Source: Octopus vulgaris | Lineage: Eukaryota | NCBI GenBank assembly: GCA_951406725.2 | Contig: OX597825.1 | Location: 48,360,001 to 48,424,000 of the forward strand | Direction: 5' to 3' | Length of the DNA: 64,000 nt | In this document: in pieces, positions 1 through 13,594 of the stretch | How the letters are laid out: each line of letters begins with the position of its first letter | Position numbering within the stretch: position 1 is the first letter of the stretch | Position numbers and translations under genes: made by a program | The notes under the pieces: generated by a model | The model's input: the letters and a program-made list of their open reading frames with translations, nothing else | What the model was told of the DNA's origin: nothing | Databases searched by the model: none

Positions 1-808
1 AGTGTGCAGACAATACTCCAGACCAAACAAGAATTAAAAATGAAAGTTCGTTTATTAAAAATACGTCACAGCTGAACAGGCTATAAAAACATTATCAGCA
101 ATACACAATTTTCCTTTTCCTGTGAATCAATTACTGGAGAATGTCTACTTTGGTTCCTTCTTAAAAAAACCAAAATTCATGAAGCAACTATCATCTATCT
201 TATTTACCCCACATCTAATTATCACATTCGTCCCACACCTTGTTAAAAGGGATACCTTTTGAAATGTTCAATGGTTGAAAACTAGCATTAATTAATATCA
301 TTATTCTTCGACAGAATAATAACCAATAATTATCTATAACACTTTTATATAAACAATTATTATATCAGTTATTCATATCTCTCTTTTCTAACTGCTAAAT
401 GACATTCAACGGAGTGTCACATGAGCGTAATACACGAACGTTGACCAATGAAATTGTACGTTAACTGATAGCATTCATAGTCACATTCCAGCTTTTTAAA
501 ACAAACTATTTTTGTAACAACGACCAGAATAAACATAATTTATGACACAACTCCATACACTGCACATTTTTGAAAATCTAATGTGGAACTGGTCTAGTGT
601 ATTCTTATATCTTAAAATATAATTAAATTCTAATTAATTCTAAAAATTATCTGAGCATTTTCAACTTCTTTTTCTATGCCTCCACTTGTTTGGATTAATA
701 ACAATTTCTCTCTCTTTTTCTCTCTGTTTCTACCTGTCTGTCTGTCTGTCTCTCTTTCTCTTTCTCTGTCTGCCTGCCTGTCTGTCCTCTCTCTCTCTCT
801 TTCTCTCT

Positions 809-850
<42 letters not shown>

Positions 851-1084
851 GTATACATACGTGTATGTATGTATGCATTTATGCATGTATGTATGTATAT
901 ATGTATGTATGTATGTTTGTATATAAATACCAGTATACATATATTTAGTTCCTACGTACGAGTCATCATTGCAGTTAATTGGAAATCAGCATTGAATGAT
1001 CCAAGTAGAATTGGAGGCCTAACCGCGACAGATCATCAAGGGGAACACTGTATTGCTACAGCACTCTGTTACAACGATCAAATA

Positions 1085-1372
1085 GCCAAGTATTGTTTAT
1101 CCTTCTCAACTGAAATTTTACTGCTGGCGGTAGTAGAGCTACATCGGTGATGCAGCCGGAGAAGATTGGTATTCCAGAGCTTTCAGCACTCCGTTCATCT
1201 CAATGCTACCAAAAGCTTTTCCGTAGTCGACGAAAGCAGTTGAGTCATTGACTGAAGAGATGGGGTGAACGTCAACGGTAAGCTACTAACACACCTCCGA
1301 TTCAGAGATGGCATCGTACCTATCGCCGAAACCACATATCAGCTGCAGACTATGCTAACAGCGTTGAACAAT
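1085..1372. mobile_element. RTE-clade LINE reverse-transcriptase fragment with internal 5' inversion
   Basis: Minus strand ~1085-1240 reads TAFVDYGKAFGSIEMNGVLKALE (RT motif FVDYxKAFDS). Plus strand from ~1245 reads DGVNVNGKLLTHLRFRDGIVPIAET (decayed LRFADD). Ends in a (TATG)n tract. Confidence 0.75.
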
Positions 1373-1397
1373 TATGTATGTATGCATGCATGCATGC

Positions 1398-1430
<33 letters not shown>

Positions 1431-1448
1431 TGTATGTATGTATGTATG

Positions 1449-1475
<27 letters not shown>

Positions 1476-1479
<4 letters not shown>

Positions 1480-2021
1480 GAGATGCTTGCATCTCTCCTG
1501 ACACATGGGAAGGCATAGCTATTGATCGTAGCAGGTGGAGAAGGATTGTGCATGAGGGGACAGCCACGTTTTAGAAATCTCGAGTTGCACATGAGAAAGT
1601 AAGGAAGGATGTCAGGAAGGGCATCGCTGTTACACTTCCAGAATGGAAGGGTCTTCCTTTGATTCTGACATGCAATGTCTGTGCAAGACCCTGCCTCAGT
1701 AAAGCTGGACTCATGAGTCGTCTTCGTAGTCATAAAACGAGACAGATGAGTGACAACCTGGCCACTGGTGGTGGTGTAACACACCATACTAATCATATCT
1801 GTCGGGCATGTGGAAGAGAGTGTAATTCGACTTAAACGACATGCAAAGGTACATGAAGCCTAGTTACAACTACAGCCGGCTATTACCAGTAAAGGTCTTA
1901 GTTGTCAATTTTGTACAAGACATTGTAGATCTTTAACTGGGCTAAAAGGTCACATTCGATCACAGCACCAGTAACAGTTAAGCTTCGTGCAATGGCCATA
2001 CGCGATAACGAGGGGGCAGCC

Positions 2022-2022
<1 letters not shown>
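1476..2022 (+). mobile_element. RTE-clade LINE 3' end with C2H2 zinc-finger remnants
   Basis: Reads ISPDTWEGIAIDRSRWRRIVHEG, then CNVCARPCLSKAGLMS, CRACGREC..KRHAKVH and CQFCTRHCRSLTGLKGHIRS across frameshifts. The 3' end atggccatacgcgataacgagggggcagccat resembles the copy at 60050-60600. Confidence 0.7.
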
Positions 2023-2054
<32 letters not shown>

Positions 2055-3298
2055 TGCATGTATGTATGTATGTATGTATGTATGTATGTATGTATGTATG
2101 TATGCATGCATATACTGTTTGTTTTACTTTTGTGTAGTAATAAGCTGGTGGATTTCGAGGCAGCATTTATATTTTTGACGCCATTGATACCTCCGGCTTG
2201 AATGGTACTGTCCAGGTGATATCCTTTTGACCATAGTGATATCTGTTTGACAGCTGATAACTGGATTACACATTTTTATGCTTGATTATGAATTTCGTAT
2301 ATGTTAGTCTCGTTATTCTGAGTTGTCCTTCATTCTTGTAAAGTGGAAAGTGTGGATTAATAGTTCGTGGGGATCATTTTCATTGGTATTGGTTGGCTTT
2401 TCTTCATAGGTAATCGAATTTGGTTTACAAAACTCTTAGAGATTGGCGCTTAGTGTTTGGGGGTTCTGTGGCGCGCGCGCACACACACTCACACACACGC
2501 GCGCACACACACACACTCACACACACGCGCACATTTCCACCCTTCTAGGCTTTGGTCGGGGGCATAACTAGTTTGGACGATGATGCTAATCAGGTGAGAG
2601 TACTTTAACTGGTTAGTGGTGACACTGCTACAAAGGACCTCAGGCTCTTTATGATTTCAAGATACTGACGTTTTGATTTGTGTTGGGTTCCGGCAAGGGA
2701 GGGCACGGTGGACGACTTACCCCACCCTCCTGTCTCCACCGGTCAAGCAGACTAGAATCACAGTTAAACTGTAAATCAGGTGGGGAGCCCATGCACGACG
2801 GGCCATTCTGTAAAGGATTGATGAGATTACTACCGATGGCACCCATATGTCCTACCTCATTAACCTACCACTACTACCACCACCATTACTACCACTACCA
2901 CTAAAACTACCACAACTATCTCTACCTCCACTACAACCACTGCCACCAAAAACCACAACTACTACAACCGCAAGTATTATCATCATTGGTCTCCATCATT
3001 ATAAACAGTTTCACTACCAAAACCACCACCACCATCAGCGCCACCCCACCTACAGCAATATATTATTGTTTAGCTCCCAACTATACCTCACCCGTAGACT
3101 TATGAGCTTAGACATTCCACCTGTGACCATTAAACGTTATATTCAAATAAAAGGTTGACCCATATTTTCCCAATGTGCCCTTCCTAGTTTTTAGATGATA
3201 GAACGTTATTTGAGACAGATTTAGCTACTATTTTAAACTGGTTATAAATATGTTGGAAAACTTTTTAAAATAACAAGTTTCTGTTGCAGAAATGGGTG

Positions 3299-3389
3299 TG
3301 TCACATGACTGCCTGTTGTGACGTCACAGGGTGTGGGGAAACACTGTAGTTATGCGGTTTATTTGGCGTTCAACCAACATCGCCATCTT
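3299..3389. promoter_or_regulatory. Candidate regulatory motif cluster (E-box, CRE, YY1-like)
   Basis: GTCACATGAC at ~3300, perfect palindrome TGTGACGTCACA at 3317-3328 and CGCCATCTT at 3381-3389, all in non-repetitive DNA. A second TGACGTCA lies at 4001. Motif presence only. Confidence 0.25.
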
Positions 3390-3420
3390 ACATAATAATA
3401 ATTGTTAGAGTCAATAATAT

Positions 3421-3463
<43 letters not shown>

Positions 3464-3751
3464 GTAATATACAACACTGTATAGGCTACCACCCCTCTAT
3501 TACCATTCAATATCCTCAACAGCAACCACAACCATAATAACAATAACAGCAGCAGCAATAGCATTAGCAACAGCAACGAAGTTGGTATTTGTTTCAGAGT
3601 GATTCAGCAGCCAGGAGTAATGGCGAGAGGAGGATAAGGAGGGGTGGGCATACAGGAAGGATGTTGTGTGTGATGTCCGCTTCCCCAGACGTTGACCTTC
3701 ACATAGAAAACAGCCCACCACCAACCTGCTGCGCAGTGTACACACAAACAC

Positions 3752-3809
<58 letters not shown>

Positions 3810-4739
3810 CTATGAATGTATATGTGTGAGGGGTATGTACGTACGTGTATATATATGTATATATATGTATATATATATATATATGTCAGAGAAAGAGGGG
3901 GAGAGAGGGAGAGAGAAGAGACATATAAAGAGAGAAGAAAGAGAGGAAAGGAGAGAGAGAGAGAGAGAGAGAGTTTGTGCGCGAGCGCGTGTGTGTGATG
4001 TGACGTCATTATTCGTTAGCGTTTAACGGCGGCCGTCCATTCTCGCTTTGCCCGCGTGATGTTGCTGAAAAACACGAGAACTACAGCATGTGACTCCCAC
4101 TTCACGTGTATCACCACTCCGCTTGTACTAAACTACCTTCAAATAGTTATACCTCTCCCTCACTTTCTCTTTCTTTTTATCTACCTACCGTGCTCTCTCG
4201 ATCTGTTTCTCTCTATCAGTCACGCCTTTCACACACAAAACTCTGTTTTTGTTCTTTCTTTTTGTTCTGTCTTTCTTTTCTCACTCTCTCTATCATTCAT
4301 TTTATAACTTCCTCCTCTAACACTCTCTTATATGTTCTCTTTTATGTCTTTCTTCCTCTTTACAACATATTTCTTTTTTCGTTCTTACTCCTCTACCTTC
4401 CTCTCTCTCCCTCTCTCCATTTATCTTTCTCTACTCTTCACTCCTATAATTCGCGCGTCCTTTACATTTCCTCTCTCTCTCTCTCGGCTTCTCTCTGCCG
4501 CTCTTTATCTCTGCTTCTGTTTCTCTCTCTTTGCCTCTGTTTCTCTCTCTTTCCCTCCATCTGTCTGTCTGTCTCTCTTTCTCTCTCCCCCTCTTTCTCT
4601 GTAAGTCACTCAGTCAAAAACGTACGATCAAGGGCAGTAAATTAGCGGCAACCACAGAGCGTCAAAGTAAATGCTTTGAGGTATTTATTTACGGTTATTT
4701 ACGTTTCGAGTTCACATTCTACTGAAATGAACTATACCT

Positions 4740-5500
4740 CTCATCCTTCCTGGGACAGAGTAAGGGCTGGCGTCCCCAAAGCACTGTTTTCACAAGCTAC
4801 AAGCTCAAATCAGAGAGAATGTCTCTAAGCAGATCGAGGTGGTGGGGGGATATTCTGCTTAAAAGAATGGTACTCAACGATGTTCAGATTTCGAGATTGG
4901 ACACAAGGAAGTCGGGATGGAGTGGGGTATGAAACCACAAAGAGACACAGCCTCTGGGGTGGAGGAATTTAGGAGAGCATATTGCGTGAAGATTCACCAA
5001 GGCAAATCTAAGTGTAAAGAGCAATTATAGATCGCAAAGCATCTGATAATATCCAGGGTTCTCACTTTTGTCTGTATTAGAACTGCTTGTCGGAGGAACA
5101 CCAGGGCTAAGAAGCAAACTGCATGCTCAGGGTCTCTGATCAAGAAGAGGAGATTATTCTGAATGCTTCCAGAAGAAATTACTGCTGAATCTGTCACAAG
5201 TGACCGATATGAGATGGGCTCAGTTGCATGGGAACAACATTCTTGAAAGGTGACGAAACGAGGAAGTTAACCATGGTGCAAGTGATATTCCAGACATGCC
5301 AAGATGCCTTTGGTAGGAGAAAAGAAAAGCTTGCAAGCAATATGGGTCCTGTGGGAAGCAGCGTATGACTGCAGAATTGAGAAAAGAGCTATGTCAAGTG
5401 AAGAAAAGATGTATAGAAGCAGATGATAAAGGAAAAGTGGTCTTAAACCAGCTTACGAAGGAACCTACTCCTTTGCAATGCAGAGTCACTCCGGAAAAGG

Positions 5501-5535
<35 letters not shown>

Positions 5536-7830
5536 GATAGAGAGAGGGGGGAGGGGAGAAAAAGAGTCAAATGCAAATGGAGGTCGTTTTTTAACAACTC
5601 TTTCCAGTTCAAAAGCGGTACCTTGATTTGTTCCAAGAAAAGATAGACAGTAACTACAGAAGAAAGATTCCGTAGAGACATTGTCCATTTTCAATGCTAA
5701 AGCTCAAACACCAAACCCCTTCAACATGCAGACTTCACTTTGCTGTTAAAAACGCTGGTGGTGTCTTCTCATGGGACATATGACACCATTTATAGAATTT
5801 ACAAAAGTTTTCCATGTGGACATCATTACCAAAAAATTAGCAACATATCTACTGGCCAGTGCTGCATCAACACAAATAACGATGCTTAGAACGTACATCA
5901 GTAATCAGCCACACTATCAAGAAAGCAAGGAAGAATAAACAATACACTCTCAGTGGTATGGTTAGATCTCGCCAAAGTCTACAAAAGTATGCCCCACTAG
6001 CTAATTCAAAGAGCACTGTAGTACAAACAAATACCAAAAACACTAATCAAGTTCATAATATCTCACATGGATTCACTGAAGATAAAGTTCACCATGGAAT
6101 TTTCCACACTGAATGGCAGAAACTAGGACAAGGCATTATGATTGTGAGCATTATTGCCGTTGTCCTGTTTGTCAAGACCATGATCTTACAGATTTAGGTT
6201 GGAAGAAAAGAGCAGAAATGACCTGAAACCGATGACAACATGAGTCTGCAGGGCCTCCATGAGTGAGATAGCGATCGTGACACTATCAGTCCAAGGAACA
6301 CTCTGAGTACCTTCAAAGGAAGGCTGGCAAATGACATCTTCAGTATCAGGGCACTGAGACTCCAACAAACCAAGAAAGAGTTTGTTGGGAAGACTTATGA
6401 TTATACTTTTAAGAACAATACCAATGCTAAAGACTCTAACACCCTTCTAAGCAACTGGCTGAAGGCAGCTTGTTGAGAGATTCAAAATACAGTAATTCCA
6501 GTAAAGCCTCGTACTCAGACTACAGAGGCCATTCTTGCTTTATGACTGTAATGGTTCAGGTGGGGGCATTGTAAAGATTGCGCTGTAGATTCGTGTGTGT
6601 ATGAAAGAGCGGGCATCCAACCCTCAACTCTGTCAATCTGTAGAGCAAGATTTCTAAGCTCCGCCTACCAGTTTCATTGTGGAGGAATTCAAAACCACAA
6701 AAGCAAGAGCAATCAGCACATTGCTTCCATCTAAAGATGAGAAAGTCAGGAATGCCAATAAGACCATAAAATGCAGCAGAATACTGGAAACACTAGGATA
6801 TTGTTGGAATAGTCTGCAAGCATGTTTAGAACTTTGTAACTACAGAGCCATAAGGTGGAAAAGTACGAATACCAGAAGCAAGAAAGAGCTCATAGAACAA
6901 AGGATTCGTGATTGAAAAGAAGACTGCCGCGTAAAAACACTGGGACTCGCCCACCAGAGAGAATGTAGACAATTGAACCAGGCATTTGGAATGCCTACTG
7001 TCCTGGAGGAGACTTTGGAGTACTGACTAGAAAAACATTTTCCTTCCACTTGTGCGTCATTGCTGACCCGATGTCAAATATAAATAATCTTAAAACATGA
7101 AGCAAAGAAGAAAACTAGTCTTGCAGTCAGCGTGAAGCAACTATGTACTCTTAATCGCACTTTGACCGGATTCCCTCGAGCACTATGAGAGGGCTGATAC
7201 AATTGTAGGCACGACAAGGTCCTCACAGAAGTCTTCAAATAAACAAACCTACAGAGGGTTAAGGCTACAAAAATAGCAGTCTTCCATGCCCAGAGTATCA
7301 GATTACTGGGAGAAAAAAACAAAGATAAGACAAAAGCAACTGTAAGAAACCTACATTCCGTTTTGGTTCCAGTCCCAAACTGGGAGATGCAACAGGACTT
7401 GAAGGGTAGACTTGTTTTCACAGAAGAGATAGCGGTAAAATCGCTCCGACCAGACATGTTCCTGTTACTCAGGAGTGCAAAATAATCGTGGGTGAACTCA
7501 AGCGCCCTGGGTAGACGGACATCACATTTCTCACCAGCTGAAGAAGACCTTATATGGAAGTCGGCTGCCCGTCACCTTCTTTTTGTTTTGGTGTGCTATT
7601 TCTTGTGGAAGATAGTCCTGGAACTCAGACAACTTAAGAAAGCGACTAAGGAGATGGGCACAGCAACTGAAAGCAACTCAAGGTGGCTATGGTCGATAAG
7701 AGATCCCAAGTGGAACCTTTCAGCAGGTGAAGACTAGTTTCAAGCGAAATGTAACCCTGAGATGCCAGCTGATGACACTGAACTGTTTCTGCGTAACGAT
7801 GGATTCATCAGAAGATCTTATAAGACCGCC
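4740..7830 (+). mobile_element. Heavily decayed HERO-like (REL-endonuclease) non-LTR retrotransposon
   Basis: N-terminal zinc-finger remnant KIHQGKSKC (~4990); RT-region remnant RASMSEIAIVTLSVQGTL (~6250); endonuclease region WEMQQDLKGRLVFTEEIAVKSLRPDMFL (~7380); C-terminal KEMGTATESNSRWLW. Many stops and frameshifts. Confidence 0.65.
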
Positions 7831-8048
7831 GAGTAGCTCCAGTAGTTTCTGCGTTGGGCAAAGCATCTCCAATATTTATCACACACACACAAAATTTTGT
7901 AATGTACTCAGTAAAGTCCCAGCTGCATACAATATACAAACTTACAAATTTAATATACATACTTATGAATTGATATATAAACTTATAAGTTAAAGCTAGT
8001 TTCTTGCAGAATTAGCTTAGATAATAACACCACTTACACGTACTAAAC

Positions 8049-8198
8049 TGACACTCCGTCGGTTCCGATGATTATACCAGTTGATCCGATCAGCAGAACA
8101 GCCTGCTCCTGAAATTAATATGCAAGTAGCTGTGCACTCCACAGATCCGCATAACGTAGTTCTCAGGAAGATAGAGCGGGACACAGACTATGACAGGA
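8049..8198 (-). mobile_element. 3' portion of an octopus-type SINE
   Basis: Reverse complement ...gagaactacgtt...gcaggctgttctgctgatcggatcaactgg...ccgacggagtgtca matches, from memory, the tail of a common cephalopod SINE. Confidence 0.5.
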
Positions 8199-8405
8199 AT
8201 TGAGCGAAGCCAATGGTAATTCTCTGACCGGTTCTAGGCTATCACCAGAAAAGTACTCGGCATATATAAAAGAATAATCGTGAAATGCACTTTTTGAGTG
8301 TGCTTCTTTCTGCCTTGCGAACAACTAACCGCACTTATACATAAACATGTGTATATATATATATAAAAAATTTCTGTGAATGTCTGTGTGAGTGTACGTG
8401 CTCCA

Positions 8406-8455
<50 letters not shown>

Positions 8456-8888
8456 CATCATGCTAATTCTAACTAAAATCACGCAACAACTGTATTTTTC
8501 CCTTACTTCTAAATTATGAATTACTAAAAGTTGTCGTTACTCTTCTGTGACCTTCTCATTGACACACTTCTAGTGTATCTGTTCAAAACTGAGTTACTAG
8601 AGTGTTTTTAGAAACTTTGGGATTTCTTTCTTTTTAGGTCCCTCCTTTTCCCTCCTTTTCTTCTCTTTAGCTCCTTTCTGTTCCTTTTTAAATGTTACGT
8701 TCAAATTTATGAATTTCAGTTAAACACACAAAAGAAAGCAATTCTGAGTTGGCGATTTATTCGTTCGCATGTGAATAAATCGTTTCTGTATGGTGTTTGA
8801 ACTTTAGACTTCTGGATCCCTTGTTACTTCTCTTTTAATTTCTTTCTGTTTTTCTTCTTTAACAGCATTTTAAACACGCACACATGTA

Positions 8889-8968
<80 letters not shown>

Positions 8969-9049
8969 CATGTGCATAAAAACATACATACAAGCATATA
9001 TGTACGCACCCATATACACACACATCTATCTATCTATCTATCTATCTAT

Positions 9050-9826
9050 ATATCCATTGCACTGTTTATCCAGTGCTTAACAATTGTTTCCAGGAACTCA
9101 ATGTAGGCGGCGGAGTTAACTCTAAGGCCTTGTGGAAAGAAGTAAGGAGGCATCACATGTCCTTCAATCCTGACAACCCCTAAAACCATGACAGTTGCAG
9201 GAAATAGTGTATGCATAACACTTGTCACTTCAGAAGAGTCTGCACATAACCACCTGTTATTTCTTCTGTTAACTTTTTGATCTTCGTCGAAGTTTTTCTC
9301 GTTTGAGAAAAACCAAATCAAATCTTCTGCTAGGTTTTTCAGTTTAAGAGCCTTTTAGATCTGATGTAGTGATTTTCTTTTGCTTTTCAGATAAATTGAT
9401 CATTCCTCTTTCCTCATCATATAAGACTTATATCTGATGTTTTAGTGGACATTTCTGATTGTTCCTTCACACACATCTTTTGCAATTGACCTCATGGACT
9501 TTCTGGGATTGTAATCAATGGTCTGTTGAACTTGCTTGATAAATTCATGTGTTCTGATGATTTCAGAGCATTTAGAATGCTTTTTATGCTTTGATACTGG
9601 TGAAACATTTCCATCTTCAATCTTACAAACCTTGTAGACGAAAGAACTGGCAACTTTTTAAAATCGAGATATTTCTAAATCGCTATGCTCAGCCTTTCTT
9701 GATTAAGATGAGGGCCTGCCATTGTTTTATATTTTTAAAATTTTTTCTGAAACAATGATTATACAGCGTTAGTAAAAAATGCAGCAATGATCCAAAAAGG
9801 TGTCCTCAAATATATTACGCACCCTG
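9050..9826 (-). mobile_element. Tc1/mariner-superfamily (maT/DD37D-like) transposon, 3'-truncated pseudogene
   Basis: ORF 9046-9321 reads [55 protein letters not shown]. Terminus ta|cagggtgcg at 9826. The other end is lost in (TCTA)n. Confidence 0.8.
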
Positions 9827-9844
9827 TATATATGTATATGTATG

Positions 9845-10241
9845 TGATAAGAAGCCTGCTTCTCAGCTGCTGCATGGTACCTTGGGCAAGTATCTTCTGG
9901 TATAGCCTCGGGCCGACCAAAGCCTTGTGAGTGGATTTGGTAGACGGAAACTGAAAGAAGCCCGTTGTATATATATATATATATATATATACGTGTGTGT
10001 GTGTGTATATCTATATGTGTGTGTGTCTTTGTGTTTGTCTCCTCCCCCAATCACCGTTTAACAACCGGTGTTGGCGTATTTATGTCCCCGTGACTTAGCA
10101 GTTCGGCAAAAGTGATCGACAGGAATAAGTACTAGGCTTTTAAAAAGTAAGTCTTAAGGTCAATTTGTTTGACTAAAACCCATCAAGGCGGTACTCCAGC
10201 TTAGCCGCAGTCAAATGAGTGTAACAAGTAAAAGAATAAAA

Positions 10242-10245
<4 letters not shown>
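9845..10245 (+). mobile_element. tRNA-derived SINE (family A) with internal (TA)/(TG) tract
   Basis: Core ccttgggcaagt..cttct..tatagcctcgggccgaccaaagccttgtgagtggatttggtagacggaaactgaaagaagcccg and tail gccgcagtcaaatga..aacaagtaaaagaataaaagaa. Ten or more related copies or fragments occur in the window. Confidence 0.85.
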
Positions 10246-10281
<36 letters not shown>

Positions 10282-10408
10282 ACATATTCTTTTATTCATT
10301 TTGTTTCAATCATTTGATTGAAACACGATGGGACTGAACCCGGAACCATGTGATTGTGTAGCAAGCTTCTTTCCTCCCAACCGCATGGTTCCAGGTTCAA
10401 ACATATCA

Positions 10409-10470
<62 letters not shown>

Positions 10471-10595
10471 CACAGACGCACACAAACGCATAGATAGGAA
10501 ATATTCAATACATGAATGTAGAGTTTATAATTGACTCACATATGCATAAACACATATACAAACAAGCGCTTGTATGTATGTATATACATGCATGT

Positions 10596-10635
<40 letters not shown>

Positions 10636-11194
10636 ATACGCACCTGTCAGTACACCTCTCCGCCCACCAAGTGTTCTCGCTCTCTCCCTCATTCTTACAT
10701 CTCTCTTATATATGCCCACGTGTGTCTCTCTGTCTATTTGTCTTTCTGTCGGTTTTTCCGTCCGCCTGCCTGTAATCACCATTCGTCTACCTATTGACAC
10801 ACATCTTGTACATCAGCTATTCTTTATTATGAAATGTAAATGTGGTTGTGTGGATGTGTGTGCATGTATGTATATGTATGTCTGTGTGTGTGTACCTCAT
10901 TGACTGAATCTACCCGCATAACTGACATTTTCTCCATAATCTATCTTTCTACTAAATCCACTATCAGCACCAGCACCATCAGCATCACCTTTCCACCACC
11001 ACCACCACCACTGCCACCACCATCACCGCCACCACCATCAGCATCACCAGTTTTGTCGTGTTCTTCACACACACTCACATGCTTTTTAGCAGTCACGGCC
11101 AATACCATACTGGAGCATAAATGTCTAGGTGTATTAAAGTTTGGAAGTGCATGCACGTGATATCCATGTCTGTATGAATGCATATTTGTGCAGA

Positions 11195-11258
11195 TGTATG
11201 TATGTATGTATATATGTATGTGTGTATGTATGTATGTATGTATGTATGTATGTATGTA

Positions 11259-11289
<31 letters not shown>

Positions 11290-11310
11290 ATGTATGTATG
11301 TATGTATGTA

Positions 11311-11341
<31 letters not shown>

Positions 11342-11346
11342 ATATA

Positions 11347-11383
<37 letters not shown>

Positions 11384-11424
11384 ATGTATGTATGTGTGTG
11401 TGTATGTATGTATGTATGTATGTA

Positions 11425-11455
<31 letters not shown>

Positions 11456-11512
11456 GTGTGTGTGTGTGTGTATGTATGTGTGTATGTATGTATGTATGTA
11501 TGTGTGTGTGTA

Positions 11513-11543
<31 letters not shown>

Positions 11544-11550
11544 ATGTATG

Positions 11551-11585
<35 letters not shown>

Positions 11586-11661
11586 GTGTATGTATGTATG
11601 TATGTATGTATGTATGTATGTATGTATGTATGTATGTATGTATGTATGTATGTATGTATGT
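11195..11661. repeat. Compound (TATG)n/(TG)n microsatellite, ~465 bp
   Basis: Directly visible; source of several spurious long ORFs. Confidence 0.97.
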
Positions 11662-11930
11662 GTACTGGGTATCCGATGGCAAATCTATGTAAGCGATGTC
11701 CTCGAAGGCCAGTCAGTCCCTCAATAAGGAGTCTCTAGTATTTCAGCCCCGATTATAACGATGTGATCAAGATGGTAGATGATCGGATTCCCAAGTAATT
11801 CCTATGTGGTGAGTTAGCTCAGGGTAATAAAGCAGAATACAAATGGAAATTTGAGTGTAAAGACTGCATCAAGAAGATACTGAAGAAGGTCAACATCTTG
11901 GAAAATAGATGGAGAAACCTCACACTAGAT
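11662..11930 (+). mobile_element. RTE-clade LINE C-terminal fragment
   Basis: Remnants DVLEGQSVPSIRSL, DRIPK*FLCGELAQG and KDCIKKILKKVNILENRWRNLTLD. Confidence 0.6.
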
Positions 11931-12050
11931 CAGTGGTTCTCAACCGGGTGCCTCATGACACTTGGGGGTCCGTGTAAGATTTTGCTGTCAAAATGTGTGT
12001 GCATAAATTGATTTTACTTCTACAATACACAGGATATTTCAATTTTTTTA
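11931..12050 (+). mobile_element. Truncated hAT-type MITE
   Basis: Starts cagtggttctcaacc; body (taagatttt..tacttctacaatacac) is homologous to the copy at 45855-46075. Confidence 0.65.
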
Positions 12051-12107
12051 AAACTTCAATAAATAACGTCGGCTAGATCTCTCGAAGACTTTGCAATTTT
12101 GAATTGG

Positions 12108-12205
12108 TTAGTAATTAATACTGATTAGCAATAAGTACTGATTAGTAATAAATACTGATTAGTAATAAGTACTGATTAGTAATAAATACGGATTAGTAAT
12201 AATTA
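12108..12205. repeat. 17-bp minisatellite (TTAGTAATAARTACTGA), ~6 copies
   Basis: Direct tandem units with few substitutions and no spacers. Confidence 0.9.
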
Positions 12206-12399
12206 CCGGTTTCAAATTTTGGCTCAAAGCCAGCAATTTCAGGTTAGGCAGTAAGTCTTTTGTTTAAATCCTTGTGATTCCTTTGAGTATTCTTGTTTGT
12301 CTCACTGTTGAAAGCTTAGTGCCTATTGTCGAGATTTTTTGAAGACTGTTGCCGTTTTGCCTGTGGCCCTGTGTATTTGTTTGTTTTCTTTCCCCCATT

Positions 12400-13400
12400 T
12401 AGGGGCGAAGAGACTTGGAAAAATGAATAGCGAACCGGAACAAGCCCATGCCTGGTGCTGTACTTCGGCGGCTGGAAACCGCACCACTGCGACGAATGCG
12501 CCGAAGCTGGAGAGTTGCAAGGAATTGATCTAGAAGTAGGGCTCAAGTTTAAGGTTAACTCCTCTAGAGGAAGTAACCAGTAGAACGAGGAGGACAGTGG
12601 TATACAGAACGTGGTCCATAACCAATAAGAAAATTGAGATGGCATCAGAGGAAGTCATTGAGAAATATGCGGAAAAAGTGACATTCTACACTAGAGGGAG
12701 ACGATATGGCACAGTGGAGGTGAGGTTTGCCTCCGAAGAAGAGGCAGTAAATCCCTCCACTGTGCCGCTGAGATCACAAGAATGGGTGCTCCTGCTGACC
12801 TATTGCGGCAAAAGAGTTGCAAGAATTAGGATCGGCAGGGTGCCACCTGAAATCGAAGAAGCGTGGCTGGTGACAGCCGTGATATACGGAACCAAAGAGG
12901 ACGCAAAGCTAATCCAAGTTGCAAGAACGAAGAAAATGAATGGGTGAAGTTACGGCCTAGAAATGGTTATCCAGGCCACCCGGCAAGACTTGAATGAAAT
13001 AGCAGAAGAGGTGCTATTTCCTGAAGATACAAAGGTGAGAGTGTTGGTAGAGAGAAGACCGCCCACTTACTACCACATTAAAATAAAGTGCCTCCAAATA
13101 AACAATGAAACCACAGAGAACCAGGAAGAACAAAGTAGGAGTACAGTAACGGCATCCCGAGCCCAGGAGGAGAGTATGGAGGGTAAAGAGGAGGAGGGAT
13201 TCGCCGAAATATCGAAAAGATAAAGAAAGGAAACAGTAAATACACCCACTAAAAGTACAAAGAAGAAGGGGAAGAACAGCAAAACAGAGGAGTTTATACA
13301 GCAAGCACACAACACACAAGGTACACTCATACAGCATACATCACCACCAGTCCCCCCACCCCAAAGGAAACCACCCTAGATAGCCCGAGTTCACCTCGTT
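12400..13400 (+). mobile_element. L1/Tx1-like LINE ORF1 pseudogene
   Basis: ORFs 12597-12947 and 12963-13223 read GTVEVRFASEEEA..TYCGKRVARIRIGRVPPEI (RRM-like) and RPPTYYHIKIKC (collapsed zinc knuckle), followed by a Lys/Glu-rich tail. Confidence 0.6.
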
Positions 13401-13546
13401 GACAAGCAGACACATGTACAGACAGGCAAAACACACAGTCCTGCTCGCCTAGCCAGAGGGATGGTATCATTCGATGGTTAAAACAATGTGAAGTGCATAG
13501 TGACCAGCGGTATGTAACAACATCTGATAGTTTGAGCAATCCCGTA

Positions 13547-13589
<43 letters not shown>

Positions 13590-13594
<5 letters not shown>

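Noticed and set aside
3324-3386. Minus-strand aagATGGCG start (MAMLVERQINRITTVFPHTL*)
   Set aside because: It stops after 20 codons and has no convincing splice donor.
11134-11738. Long ORFs (180+ aa) of MYVC/HTYI repeats, and many similar ORF-track entries
   Set aside because: They are translations of stop-free microsatellites with no coding signature.
12108-12205. Regular short repeats resembling a CRISPR array (also 34915-35150 and 37050-37430)
   Set aside because: The units are head-to-tail with no unique spacers, the context is eukaryotic, and no cas genes are present.
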